A DNA stretch of 64,000 nucleotides from Paramoeba atlantica. Taxonomy: Eukaryota; Protista; Discosea. The stretch covers positions 558,001-622,000 of the forward strand of contig CDRNVI010000040.1 of the NCBI GenBank assembly GCA_977017575.1, given 5' to 3'. Both the position numbers and the translations under genes were made by a program. The notes under the pieces are model-generated. The model was not told the origin of the DNA. It did no database searches and was given only the letters and a program-made list of their open reading frames with translations. Positions 41,868 to 54,339 of the stretch are shown in pieces. The first letter of the stretch is position 1; each line of letters starts with the position of its first letter.

Positions 41868-43175
41868 ATGAGTACGTTCGGGCATTATTTTCGCGTTACA
41901 ACATTCGGTGAAAGTCATGGTGCAGCTGTAGGATGCATACTGGACGGAGTTCCTTCTAAAATTTTATTATCCGTTGCGGATGACATCCAACCTTTTGTAG
42001 ATCGGCGGCGCACAGGTCACAGCCAATACACATCACCTCGAAAAGAAAAGGATCACGTCCAGATACTGAGCGGTATTGACACGGAAAACAATCTCACGCT
42101 GGGTACCCCTTTATCTTTTCTTGTTTATAACCAAGATGCTCGTCCGGAGGACTATCATTTTTCTGATGAAGTGGCGAAATCGCTACAGCAAAGCAATAAG
42201 AAAGAGGTCGAGAGCTTTCCAACCGATTTTATTCCTCGTCCATCGCATGCAGATTATTCTTATCTCTGCAAATATGGCATACACGCACGCAGCGGCGGTG
42301 GTCGAAGCAGCGCAAGAGAAACGCTGTCTCGAGTCATTGCAGGGGCTGTGGCAAAGAAAATATTACGAGATTGGTACCCCGAACTCAAGGTAGTCGCCTT
42401 CGTGTCCTCTATAGGGAATATTTCCATACCCGATGCACTGGTTCTCCCGATCTTTCACTCGTCATCTATTTTCGAGACAACACAAACGGACCATGCCTCC
42501 CAGCACAGTGTTCCATGGACATCCGAATGGGTTGACTCCTTCGGGCCACTGCGCTGCCCTGATGTGAAGACCACTGTTAACATGAAAATCGTTCTGGAAG
42601 ATGTGATGGCGCACGCAGATTCTATCGGTGGAGTGGTGACTTGTGTGGTACACAATGTCCCTTCTGGGTGGGGCGAGCCTTGTTTCGACAAACTCGAGGC
42701 AATTCTTGCCCATGCCATGATGTCACTTCCTGCATCGAAAGGCTTTGACGTGGGTTCAGGTTTCAGCGCCTCTATCATGCGTGGAAGTGAACACAATGAC
42801 CCCTTTGTGTGCAAAATGTCGAGCCACTTGGTTTCGAACGGAACAGTTGCTGAAGACCAAAGACACCATAAAAAAACATGTCCGTCTTCTCCTCCTCCTA
42901 CCACCCACGTTCCACTTACTACCACGAAGAACGACAGTGGGGGGATTCAGGGAGGCATTAGCAATGGCCAGCCTATTTACTTTCGTGTCGCTTTTAAACC
43001 TCCCGCCACAATATCTCAAGCCCAGAGCACTTATGATCTAAGCGGTCAAGCAACAACCTTGCGTGCCACAGGACGCCATGATCCATGTGTCGTACCTCGA
43101 GCGGTGCCAATCGTGGAAGCGATGACTTACTGTGCTTTACTGGATAGTGCCTTAGCTCAGCGTACCCGAACGTAA
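41868..43175 (+). CDS. aroC: Chorismate synthase
   Basis: MSTFG..FRVTTFGESHG, RRRTG, PRPSHAD, GGGRSSARET, GWGEPCFDKLEA, GGIQGGISNG and GRHDPCVVPRAVPIVEAM. Confidence 0.97.
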   Translation: MSTFGHYFRVTTFGESHGAAVGCILDGVPSKILLSVADDIQPFVDRRRTGHSQYTSPRKEKDHVQILSGIDTENNLTLGTPLSFLVYNQDARPEDYHFSDEVAKSLQQSNKKEVESFPTDFIPRPSHADYSYLCKYGIHARSGGGRSSARETLSRVIAGAVAKKILRDWYPELKVVAFVSSIGNISIPDALVLPIFHSSSIFETTQTDHASQHSVPWTSEWVDSFGPLRCPDVKTTVNMKIVLEDVMAHADSIGGVVTCVVHNVPSGWGEPCFDKLEAILAHAMMSLPASKGFDVGSGFSASIMRGSEHNDPFVCKMSSHLVSNGTVAEDQRHHKKTCPSSPPPTTHVPLTTTKNDSGGIQGGISNGQPIYFRVAFKPPATISQAQSTYDLSGQATTLRATGRHDPCVVPRAVPIVEAMTYCALLDSALAQRTRT

Positions 43176-43251
43176 TCATCAATCTTTTCATAATGTATAT
43201 CTTTTGTTGACATCACACACGTTAATTGGACAACGGTTATTCTATTAATGA

Positions 43252-44961
<1,710 letters not shown>

Positions 44962-45340
44962 TATTATAGATTCTGATTCTCAGTGATATCGCTATGATAA
45001 TAAATACAGATTTGTATTTCTGCGAAAATGTAGTAGAAAAATTAATGCGCCTTTCTCAGACCTTTACCTGTCAAATTCTTATGTGGATGAATAAGAAATG
45101 AATATTTGGCATGAGTATCACTAATTTGTTGAAATATTGAAGTTGATCTAAAGGGATTTAAAAGATTTATGAAATTGTTCTTAAAGGCACATAGTTCTGA
45201 TCCGTGATTCTTTTTTCTAATCCTCCAGTCCATGTTTCGGCAGTTCATGCCAACGAAATAGATAATTCTTCTCTCTTCCCGTCATACTGCTTCATGCTTT
45301 TAAAGTATATTTCATAAGGAGAATATAAGACAATACTTAC

Positions 45341-46561
45341 ATGTTTGACAACGATTTCTTTGATAGTCTCAACGAAGACGTACGTAAAGTTTTGCCCTTC
45401 AATTACAATTTTGAAGTTTCCAAAACTGTGCGCAGAATACGACAAGTTGGCGCAAAGCGCATAGCTCTGCAGTTTCCAGAGGGTCTTCTTGCATATTCTA
45501 TTCCCCTGAGTGACATCATCTCCCGTTATGGAGGGTGTGAGACTGCAATACTTAGTGATGTTACCTACGGGGCCTGCTGCGTTGAAGATTTAACCGCTCG
45601 AGCTATGGAATGCGATTTCCTTGTTCATTATGGTCACAGTTGCTTGATAAGTATCAAGGATTGCGTTTTACCTACCATGATGTACGTTTTTGTCGACATC
45701 GGCATAGATGTGACTCATTTCGTTGAAACGATTTTGTCGCTGGTACCTCCCAAGGTTGGCACGGGCATTGCTCTTTTTTCTACAATACAATTTGTGGTGT
45801 CTTTGCGAGCTGCCGCAAAGTCACTAAAACTGAAAGGTTACACCAACCTTTTCGTTCCTCAAGTAAAGCCCCTTTCCTGTGGAGAGGTGCTTGGTTGTAC
45901 GTCGCCTCGGTTATCTCCTGAAATCCATACCGTGATATTTCTTGGGGATGGCAGGTTTCATCTTGAAAGCATGATGATTGCTAATGAGACAGCACCCACG
46001 CGACATGCTGGTGAGGGAAATGCGACGCATACTCCTGTTCTTCGTCAGTTTTACCAATACAATCCTTATACAAAACTCCTTACTACAGAGAGTTATGACC
46101 ATGGGGCCATGAAAGCTCTTCGAAAACAGTCCATTGATACTGCACGCGGTGCGGAACATTTCGCAATTATTTTAGGCACATTAGGGAGACAAGGAAACCC
46201 GTATATTTTGAAGCGACTTCAGGATCTACTGAAGAAACATCAACGTTCGTTTTCCGTTATTCTTATGTGTGAGCTTTCCCCCGCGAAGGTTGCATCATTA
46301 GTTCCATCTTTTGATGCTGCAATTCAAATTGCATGTCCTCGACTGAGCGTCGACTGGGGTGCGCAATATCCAATTCCCCTTCTCACCCCTTATGAGGCGG
46401 AAGTAATGCTGGGGGAAGCCTTGTGGGTTGGAGATACCGGAACATCATATCCGATGGATCACTACGCTCTGGAAGGGGGTTCATGGGCTGTGTACACCAC
46501 CAAACCTTCAATACCTTCTCTAAGCTCAGGAGAAGATAGTACGGGTGGTTCTAAAGTTTAA
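45341..46561 (+). CDS. DPH1: Diphthamide biosynthesis protein 1
   Basis: LPFNYNFEV.KT, LQFPEGL, DVTYGACCV.D, VHYGHSCL, GEVLGCTSP, GTLGRQG, QIACPRLSVDWG and PLLTPYEA. Confidence 0.95.
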   Translation: MFDNDFFDSLNEDVRKVLPFNYNFEVSKTVRRIRQVGAKRIALQFPEGLLAYSIPLSDIISRYGGCETAILSDVTYGACCVEDLTARAMECDFLVHYGHSCLISIKDCVLPTMMYVFVDIGIDVTHFVETILSLVPPKVGTGIALFSTIQFVVSLRAAAKSLKLKGYTNLFVPQVKPLSCGEVLGCTSPRLSPEIHTVIFLGDGRFHLESMMIANETAPTRHAGEGNATHTPVLRQFYQYNPYTKLLTTESYDHGAMKALRKQSIDTARGAEHFAIILGTLGRQGNPYILKRLQDLLKKHQRSFSVILMCELSPAKVASLVPSFDAAIQIACPRLSVDWGAQYPIPLLTPYEAEVMLGEALWVGDTGTSYPMDHYALEGGSWAVYTTKPSIPSLSSGEDSTGGSKV

Positions 46562-46613
46562 TCAAATTTTACGGTCTACTCAATGCGAATGCACTACTCT
46601 GTTGAAAAATTCA

Positions 46614-46688
46614 AGCCGAAAAAGGGTCAGCCGAAAAAGGGTCAAATCCTTGTTACTGGGGGGGTTCTATTACTGGGGGGATCTACGG
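46614..46688. mobile_element. Solo right end of the CCGTAGACCCC MITE family
   Basis: gccgaaaaagggtcaaatccttgttactggggggg..tattactggggggatctacgg|TA matches 57200-57278. Confidence 0.75.
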
Positions 46689-46738
46689 TAGCTAATTTTA
46701 CTATAAAAGAGTTTCCGCGAAGCCTGCTTATTTAATTC

Positions 46739-47844
46739 AGAGGGTTGAAACCTGTTAGGTTTTGCCGGGTTTTGCCAAGTTTTCCCTGTTTTTGCCAGGA
46801 CACCTAAATTTTGGGGCGTCGTTTTGGGAGACGTGCCACGGCTTCAGGAAGGGGTATCTTGTAAAAACAACGGCGTAGAAAGCTAGCATAGGTCCCAAAC
46901 TCTCAAACTACTATAGGTGAAACGATTTTGAAAAACTATTTTTTAAGCCTTGTTTTTCGCTAAGTTGACTTTTTTTTAGTTTACTTTTCGGAAAAAACTG
47001 AACTTGGCGGCCCCTCCCTGTTTATACCAGGGGGAATCGTCCCCGAGTACGGGGGTGGAAAATATGTGCCAAGACCTTGGCTACCCTTTCTGGGGGTTTA
47101 TTTCGAAAAATATTCTTTTCAAAATCTTCATTTTTTGTGGCGCAAAAAATGTTTTGCAGCGCACGATGGAGACCAAGTATGTTCTTCACTCATAGCTGCA
47201 GGATTATTAATAATTCAGTTCGGTAACAATAATTATTATAAATAGATTATTAATAAATTATTATTGGGCTTTTACACTCAGATTTCTCGCCCTTAATTTT
47301 GTATCAAACAATATTTTCATGCCGAAAAGGAGCATTGATGGGGATCTCCTTATGGAGTCGATGCTAATGCTTCGAGCATCATTATATGCACCTCAACCTA
47401 CGCGGGAAGTAGGAGCCTACGCCTGACGCAGGTGAATGTGCTGTACCAACAACAACTCCTTGTGGAGTGCTGATATCGAGGGCCGGGAAATGCCAAACTC
47501 TGTATTTGTATGATGTGTCGCAACGAAAATGAGCTTTCTGGATCTCGCGGTCTTCTCTGGTGCTGCCACCATACTGCTGCAAATGACGCCGACCATACAT
47601 GTATGTCTACATGCGAGGGGCTCCTCATGTGTCACTCGCAGCCCCTCGTGTAGATGCATATTGAATTATTAATAATATTAATAATTTGATTTTTTGAATA
47701 ATAATAATTATTAATAATTATTATTACAAAAATTATTATTGTAGCTATGTCTTCACTATTTTTTACAAAGTATTTTTCTTCGCTACGTCAATGAGGAATA
47801 TGCGGGTTTTGCCAGGTTTTTCCTTTCATAGGTTTCAACCCTCT
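46739..47844. mobile_element. Putative TIR element (AGAGGGTTGAAACCT, 15 bp) carrying a diverged fragment of the ~1 kb repeat
   Basis: 15-bp inverted ends and subterminal gggttttgcc repeats; related to 59736-60450. No clear TSD. Confidence 0.6.
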
Positions 47845-47874
47845 CACTTTTCTTGCCAATTTTTCTTTTTTTGG

Positions 47875-47965
47875 CCGCTTCGTTAAACGCGGAGGCAGTT
47901 TTTAACGCGAAGTGCGTAGCAGGATGTTCTCCGTTGAACCATCGCGTTTAACGAAGCTATTAAAA
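47875..47965 (-). repeat. Degenerate solo copy of the 99-bp palindrome
   Basis: gcttcgttaaacgcgg...cgcgtttaacgaagc arms with a decayed loop. Confidence 0.65.
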
Positions 47966-48232
47966 AGGAAATTCGTTAACATTGAATAGCTGAGCAGTGA
48001 TTTTTAACATTTTAGCGAAGACAATCCGTGAAATCGTACCAGGCCGTGGGTATGCTAAACCGGACCCCCGTTTTTTTAAGCACTTCCGTATCTGCGAGTA
48101 TTATCATACCAAAGTATGCTAAATTGGGCACTATTATTAGCACTTGTAAATTACAGTAATTTGATGAGTTCACATTTATTTTTCTATGTACATTTTTTTA
48201 CATTTTCCATTTTCTATCTATCTTTTTGTGCA

Positions 48233-49018
48233 ATGAATAGAAGAGTGATGGGGGATGAAATATTGTACGATTCGACTTCTACACTTCCAGAAATAGACGA
48301 CCACCCAACTGAAGTTAAACAACTACTTCAACTAGCCTGTTGCTATGTGCGTAAGATTGAAAATTTGGAAGAACAGCTCGAAAAAACGAGGCAAGCGCAG
48401 AGAGCGAGGGAGCACCACTACGTGACGCAAATCGAAAATGTGAAACAAAACTACACTAAAAAAATAAGGAATGTATTGGCATGTCATAATTATCCGATCC
48501 CGGAAGGAACTGCTTCTGGTTTAAGTGGCACCGAGCATCCATTCCCCGACTCATTATTGGAAGAGGCAAGAAAAATAGAGGTACCTGCATTCGATCCTCA
48601 GTCAGGCGTAAGAAAACGGCTTCGTCGTCTCGAACAACAGGAATTAAAGGAAAATGAAATTCTTAATGCTCATAACGATCAGTTAAACGTAAAGAAACGT
48701 CTACTAGAGCAAATTTCGTGTTCAAATACTATGAGCGAATGGTTGCCGCACATGTCATTATCATCAACGGACCCTGATAGACCCATTGGTGACGTAAATC
48801 CGGTAAATGGTGCTCTGAGAGTGCATCAAGAAACAAAAAAGAATAGTAAAATTCGACTCGATGGGTTACTTGGCACAACCGTCCAAAGCGAAAACAATAG
48901 CGTTGCATCCCACCATACGATCTCATTGGATAAGGTCTCAACTGATACCGGTATTGGATACTCGAATCTTCAGAAAGTGCTTCAAGAAAATGCTAATTCT
49001 ACGACAATCATGCATTAG
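48233..49018 (+). CDS. Hypothetical coiled-coil protein (paralog of 52122-52928)
   Basis: The ~55-aa block CCYVRKIENLEEQLEKTRQAQRARE..Y..QIE.VK..Y.KKI.N.L is shared with the 52122 ORF. Confidence 0.7.
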   Translation: MNRRVMGDEILYDSTSTLPEIDDHPTEVKQLLQLACCYVRKIENLEEQLEKTRQAQRAREHHYVTQIENVKQNYTKKIRNVLACHNYPIPEGTASGLSGTEHPFPDSLLEEARKIEVPAFDPQSGVRKRLRRLEQQELKENEILNAHNDQLNVKKRLLEQISCSNTMSEWLPHMSLSSTDPDRPIGDVNPVNGALRVHQETKKNSKIRLDGLLGTTVQSENNSVASHHTISLDKVSTDTGIGYSNLQKVLQENANSTTIMH

Positions 49019-49075
49019 CCAGCCATGCATTAGCCAACAATTTTATTTCCACTTTCCCTTTGATAAAACTACATA

Positions 49076-49160
49076 CAGGGGTGGGCACGAAAATGTGGGG
49101 GGTCAAAATTCGTTTGACTTGGCCATCATTGGAGAGCTCTCGCAGAGTGACGTGTCATAT
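49076..49160 (+). mobile_element. Solo left end of the second CAGGG-type TIR family
   Basis: acaTA|CAGGGGTGGGCACGAAAATGTGGGGGGTCAAAATT. Confidence 0.65.
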
Positions 49161-49517
49161 GATAATTTGTCAATTTTTGAATTTCTCATGGGGTCTGGTG
49201 TTGGCAACCACCTTTTAGAGAAGAGTGCCATAGATTTCGCACAACACCTCGAATTTCATCAAAGGATTCGACGGAGCGGGAGCGAGAGTGGCTTTTTTTC
49301 AACACCCGGTCGTGAGATCATGCGAGATTACGCGAGATCACACCCATTGGTGAAAAGCTACTTTCTTCCCCGTAAAAAATCTTGAATCTTTTTGGGAGAA
49401 AAAGTCTTAATTTTGGGGTTTTTCCGCCCTTCTACTAAGAACTTCTCTTTGTCGATATGTACGCATTTTTTAAATGCATAAAAATTATTGGCACAAAAAT
49501 TATTGTTTTTTTAATTA

Positions 49518-49867
49518 CAGTGCGTGGTGTTATTACGGGACGGGTTAATTACGGGACGGCTTAATTACGGGACGGGTATTTAAGGGACAATATGGGGGTG
49601 GGGTCATATATTTGGAATGGGACAAAAGAACTACAAGTGTAGCGCCCAAATCACAGAGCGCGCAAGTTATCAGGCACACATAAAAATGTTTTGGTAAGAT
49701 AAGGGAACGAAAAAGGAGACAAGTAAAGGAAGATAATGGAAAGAAAAAGGTATAGTAGAGCCTTAGAAAACAAAACGGAGAATTAAGGGACGGTTAATTA
49801 CGGGACACTTTGGCCTTGATGGGGGGTGTCCCTTAATTAACCCGTCCCGTAATAAAGCCCCGCACTG
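49518..49867. mobile_element. Tc1-like MITE, 350 bp
   Basis: TA|CAGTGCGtGGtgTTATTACGGGACGGGTTAATTAcGGGAC ... inverted copy ending CGCACTG|TA. Subterminal TTAATTACGGGAC repeats. Confidence 0.85.
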
Positions 49868-49959
49868 TAAAAGTTGCATAGTTTCGCCAATAATTAAAAA
49901 CTCAATAATATTAGTCGGCAGTGTAATTATATTGAGGCCGCCGAAATCACTTTTTATAT

Positions 49960-51985
49960 TTTCTTTTTTAGGCTCTTCGTTAAACGCGGTGGTTGTTTTC
50001 AACTTAGAAGTCACTCATGCTGCGCGCTTCGCGTTGAAAACTACCGCCGCGTTTAAAGAAGAGCCTAAAAAAGAAAATTTGGCCTGGAAAACGGAAAGAT
50101 TATAGCCAAAAATAGACGAATTTCGGGTAAAAATGGGGTGATTTTCGCTTATTTTTGCTGTCAGAGCACTAAATCCGACATTTGCGCGTGGGAAATCACT
50201 CGTAGGCATGAATGGAAGCCTACCAAACGTATTGGGTAGAGAATGCGACTCCAACCATACCATTCTTTCGACACTAAAATGCCCCTTTAGGTCCGAAAAA
50301 TACTTTTTCACCTTTTTTAGTCAAAAATGGGTCATTTTGAGGGGCGCACCACGGTTCGAAGAAGGGATACCTTGCGAAAACAACTGCGGAGAAGGCTAGT
50401 GTAGGTCCCAAACTATCAAAATACAATAGGGGAAACGATTTTGGAAAAATATTTTTTTTGCCATTTTTTTCGCCAAGTTGAAATTTTTTTCAAATTTTTT
50501 TTTCCGAAAAAATCCGAACTTGGCGGACCCGTCCTGCGGATACGCGGGGGGGTCACCCCCGGGTAGGGGGGTGGAAAATGCTCGCCAAGACCCCGGCTAC
50601 CCTTTCTGCGGTTTTTTTTCGAAAACTAATTTTTTCGAAAAAATTTGCTCGACCATGCTCGACTCATTTGCTTGACCCCCCCCTGGACCCCCCCCATGGC
50701 AACAGCACGTTGGTGCCGCCTCGGACAAGCGGAAACTGGTAGAGGACGTCGGCCTCGGAACTTCCAAATCTGTCTGTGAAGGGTCTGGCTTGCCAGTGAC
50801 CATCCGGAGCAATCGGGAATGATTTGGATATTTTTTTTCTTTCGACACAAAAATGCCCCTCGAGGTGCGAAAAATACTTTTTCACCTTTTTTAGTCAAAA
50901 ATGGGTTATCAAGTCGCCAAGTTGAATTTTTTTTCAAAACTTTTTTTCCGAAAAAATCCGAACTTGGCGGACCCGTCCTGCGGATACGCGGGGGGGTCAC
51001 CCCCGGGGTAGGGGGGTGGAAAATGCGCCAAGACCCCGGCTACCCTTTCTGCGGTGTTTTTTCGAAAACTAATTTTTTCGAAAAAACTTGCTCGACCATG
51101 ACCCCCCTGGACCCCCCCCCCGGACCCCCCCCCTGGACCCCCCCCCTGGACCCCCCCCCTGGACCCCCCCCATGGATCCCCCATTTTTTTCAAATTTTTT
51201 TTTCAGTTTTGGACCACCGGAGCCCCCTTTTATATTTTTTTCTTCTATTATATTACTGTGTTCCTCTTTATATTTTCACTGTTTTTGTTCACTTTTTTTT
51301 CAATAATCGAGTGCAGAGCGGTAGTTTTACAACCACCGCAATAATAGTAATTAACGGAATGCTTTTTTTGGGCAGAAATTATTCCGTTAATTATTATTCC
51401 AATGATTTTTACTAAATTTCTACAAAACTTTAAGCGTCAAGGGAAAAGTTCTGCTGATACGTCTTAATCGATTCATCTTTTCGCGGTAACGTCGCTTTTT
51501 TTCTTCAGAAGAGAAATACTTCGAATTTTGTTGATGAACAGACCGCCCACTGACTAAAATGTTTGGGAAGATTTTGGTGAAAATCTTAAAGAAAATAATT
51601 ATTCCGTTAATAATTATTCCGTTAATTTTTATTCCAATGATTTTTATTCTGTTAATTATTTAAAAGTACTTTGACGGTATTTTGATCTTTATTTAACAAA
51701 TAGATATTTAATAAATGGATAAATCTCTATTTAATAAAAAAAATTTAATCTAAAATTTTTTCGAAAAAATTTGCTCGACCATGACCCCGCCCCCTGGACC
51801 CCCCCCCTGGACCCCCCCCTGGACCCCCCCATTTTTTTCAAATTTTTTTTTCAGTTTTGGACCACCGGAGCCCCCTTTTATATTTTTTTCTTCTATTATA
51901 TTACTGTGTTCCTCTTTATATTTTCACTGTTTTTGTTCACCTTTTTTTAATAATCGAGTGTAGAGCGGTAGTTTTACAACCACCG
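49960..51985 (+). repeat. Palindrome-headed repeat, copy B: tandem partial re-iterations plus a ~125-bp foreign insert
   Basis: Palindrome at 49969-50067. The unit breaks at ~50697, restarts internally at ~50835, and has a further 3' end copy at ~51760-51985. Confidence 0.88.
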
Positions 51986-52121
51986 CAACTTTTATCCTTA
52001 ATAACCGTTTCGCCGGTACATGTACATGTATGTTTCTCGATATGTGAATCTTTTTTCCTATTCAACAGCATGCGATTATGGAAACTATGACTTACGGAAA
52101 AGTAAGTATTAGTCCCGGCAT

Positions 52122-52928
52122 ATGAAACAACACACTTCTTCGGCGCGCGCAACTCACGAACGAGAGCAGATGCGTCTTTTATGTACTTCCTACTCACGAA
52201 AACTGGATAATTTGAACGACGAAATCGAAAAAACACGTAGTGCTCAGCTTAAGCGTGAAGCGTACCTTCTTAATCAAGTTGAACAACTCAAATTGGGCTA
52301 TAGGAAAAAAATTGACAATATTTTAGGTATCTCTGAAACTCGTTCTGTTCAATCATTTCCTTCCACTAAAGTTGCGGGACATGACACGCTATGCACCTCA
52401 GACCTGCAAGCGTCGTACGAGGCACTGGGAGTGCCACTCGAACTCCGAACTATACACTCCTCCCTTTCTGAAGATTGTAAAGGTCAAGATGATAAAGAGT
52501 CGACCAGCGATACCCAGTATGGCAACACCTCGGAACGAGCGAATGTTTCAGAGAGTCATTCGAAAAAGAAAATATCTAGTCTCACTCAAGTATCGTCTCC
52601 AATCGAGGAATTACTAAAATGGTGTCCCCTGATGGATGCTAGTTCGTCACATGTGAGCAAACTGGGCCATGGGGACTTGCATTCAGATCGTAAAACAGAT
52701 CAAGAAACTGCGACAGCAATATCGCGAGAAACATTACTGGATAGATGGTTCGAAGAAGTAAACGATTCTTCCTCACACTTTCATGATATAATTTCGGAAT
52801 TTTCTGCTCCCAACAATTCTGGAACTCCGACGTTTAAAAAGGAGTTTAAAAATATTTCTAGCTGCTGTGGCATACCTGACAGTTCGAAATCGAATGACGA
52901 AAACTCGGATACAAAAAGTAAACACTGA
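52122..52928 (+). CDS. Hypothetical coiled-coil protein (paralog of 48233-49018)
   Basis: CTSYSRKLDNLNDEIEKTRSAQLKREAY...VEQLK..YRKKIDNIL. Confidence 0.7.
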   Translation: MKQHTSSARATHEREQMRLLCTSYSRKLDNLNDEIEKTRSAQLKREAYLLNQVEQLKLGYRKKIDNILGISETRSVQSFPSTKVAGHDTLCTSDLQASYEALGVPLELRTIHSSLSEDCKGQDDKESTSDTQYGNTSERANVSESHSKKKISSLTQVSSPIEELLKWCPLMDASSSHVSKLGHGDLHSDRKTDQETATAISRETLLDRWFEEVNDSSSHFHDIISEFSAPNNSGTPTFKKEFKNISSCCGIPDSSKSNDENSDTKSKH

Positions 52929-53277
52929 AGAGCCAATTGTTACATCACTTCTTTGCATTTTTAGGTTTCGATATATTTTTTAGCGAAAATCACTGAGGTA
53001 GGAATCTGATTCCCTTTCGGACGACTTGAGCATCACGAACAATTGTTTTTTTCTTCTTTTTAACTCATTTCTTGCATAAAATTTTTCTTGCATTTTACAT
53101 GTTTGCTGTTTGACGAATGAAGAGAGGCAATCAAGAGCGCAAAAAAAAAGAGGTAAATCTATGTTTTATTCAGATACTGTTGATTACTCTTTGTGTTACA
53201 ACTTCTTTTCGTAAAAACTTGTTATCTGTGTAACTTGAACATTTTAAAAAACAAATCACGCGGTCTTACTATTGCGA

Positions 53278-54114
53278 ATGATCGATCTTGCAATCTTAGA
53301 TGATGTCTTCATTTCGCAACGTGGACCACAAAAGGTTCGTGGATCTCAACTTCCTCCAGAGTACCAGTTGCAGCGTATAATACAAGATGTATCCAACCCT
53401 CATCCCACGTGGTCAAGCTCAAATAGTGCATGCACATGGTATGGAGTAATATGCGACGTGAAGGGGCAAGTTTCTAAAATTATTTGGAACGCTCAGAACC
53501 TTGAGGGAACAATTAATTTGCGCTTTGACAGCCCCTCACTGGAGTCGTTTAATGTACGAGGAAATTATCTTGAAGGGCAAATTGAATGGGTTGACCTGCC
53601 TACAGGTTTGCGAAATCTTGAATTACAACGAAATCGATTTGTAGGGGAAGTAGATTGGAGTTCATTACCAGCCGAATTGAATACTTTGTTTATTTTAACG
53701 AACTTTTTTCATGGAACGGTCAACTTGTGTCAGTTACCTGTGGCCTTGACTAAACTCTTCATCGATGTGAACCGCTTTGAGGGTTCTATTTCCCTGCTTC
53801 AACTTCCTTCGTCTCTTGAAATCCTAAGCGCTTCTGAAAATAGTTTTTCATGTTCTGTCTCTTTGGCCCACTTGCCCCCCACTCTCGAAGTACTAAGTTT
53901 AAACGGTAACAAGCTATCCGGTCCGCTTTGTTTTGAAGCATTACCTCATTCTCTGGAGACATTAAATCTTCATGAAAATCAATTCAGTGGCTATGTAGAT
54001 TTACGAAACCTTCCAGCGAATTTGTCTTATGTTAATCTTTCAGGTAACCCTATTACTGGTTTTATTGATGACATTTGTCCTTCATTCGTGGAAGTAGGCT
54101 ATTGGATTTCGTAA
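53278..54114 (+). CDS. Leucine-rich repeat protein
   Basis: KVRGSQLP...ACTWYGVIC N-cap and nine LRR units. Confidence 0.9.
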   Translation: MIDLAILDDVFISQRGPQKVRGSQLPPEYQLQRIIQDVSNPHPTWSSSNSACTWYGVICDVKGQVSKIIWNAQNLEGTINLRFDSPSLESFNVRGNYLEGQIEWVDLPTGLRNLELQRNRFVGEVDWSSLPAELNTLFILTNFFHGTVNLCQLPVALTKLFIDVNRFEGSISLLQLPSSLEILSASENSFSCSVSLAHLPPTLEVLSLNGNKLSGPLCFEALPHSLETLNLHENQFSGYVDLRNLPANLSYVNLSGNPITGFIDDICPSFVEVGYWIS

Positions 54115-54339
54115 ATGTTTACTCTTTTAATAATACTAAAAATCTTTTTGCCTCTACAATATCAATCTTTCTTTGTTTCAATCGATAAAACAGTACCTTA
54201 CGATGTGTACTTTTTTATAATATGCAATGTACCATTATATTATAGTACATGTATGGTATTGTACATTGTACGTTAAACAAAAAGAATTTTATGGATCACT
54301 AGTACTCTAGTGTTGCTCTCCGTTGTCCTGAACCATGTA

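Noticed and set aside
47290-47660. Possible transposase remnant (LVLPPYCC resembling LRLPPYHC..NPIE)
   Set aside because: Only a short motif amid multiple stops, with no DDE context; too weak.
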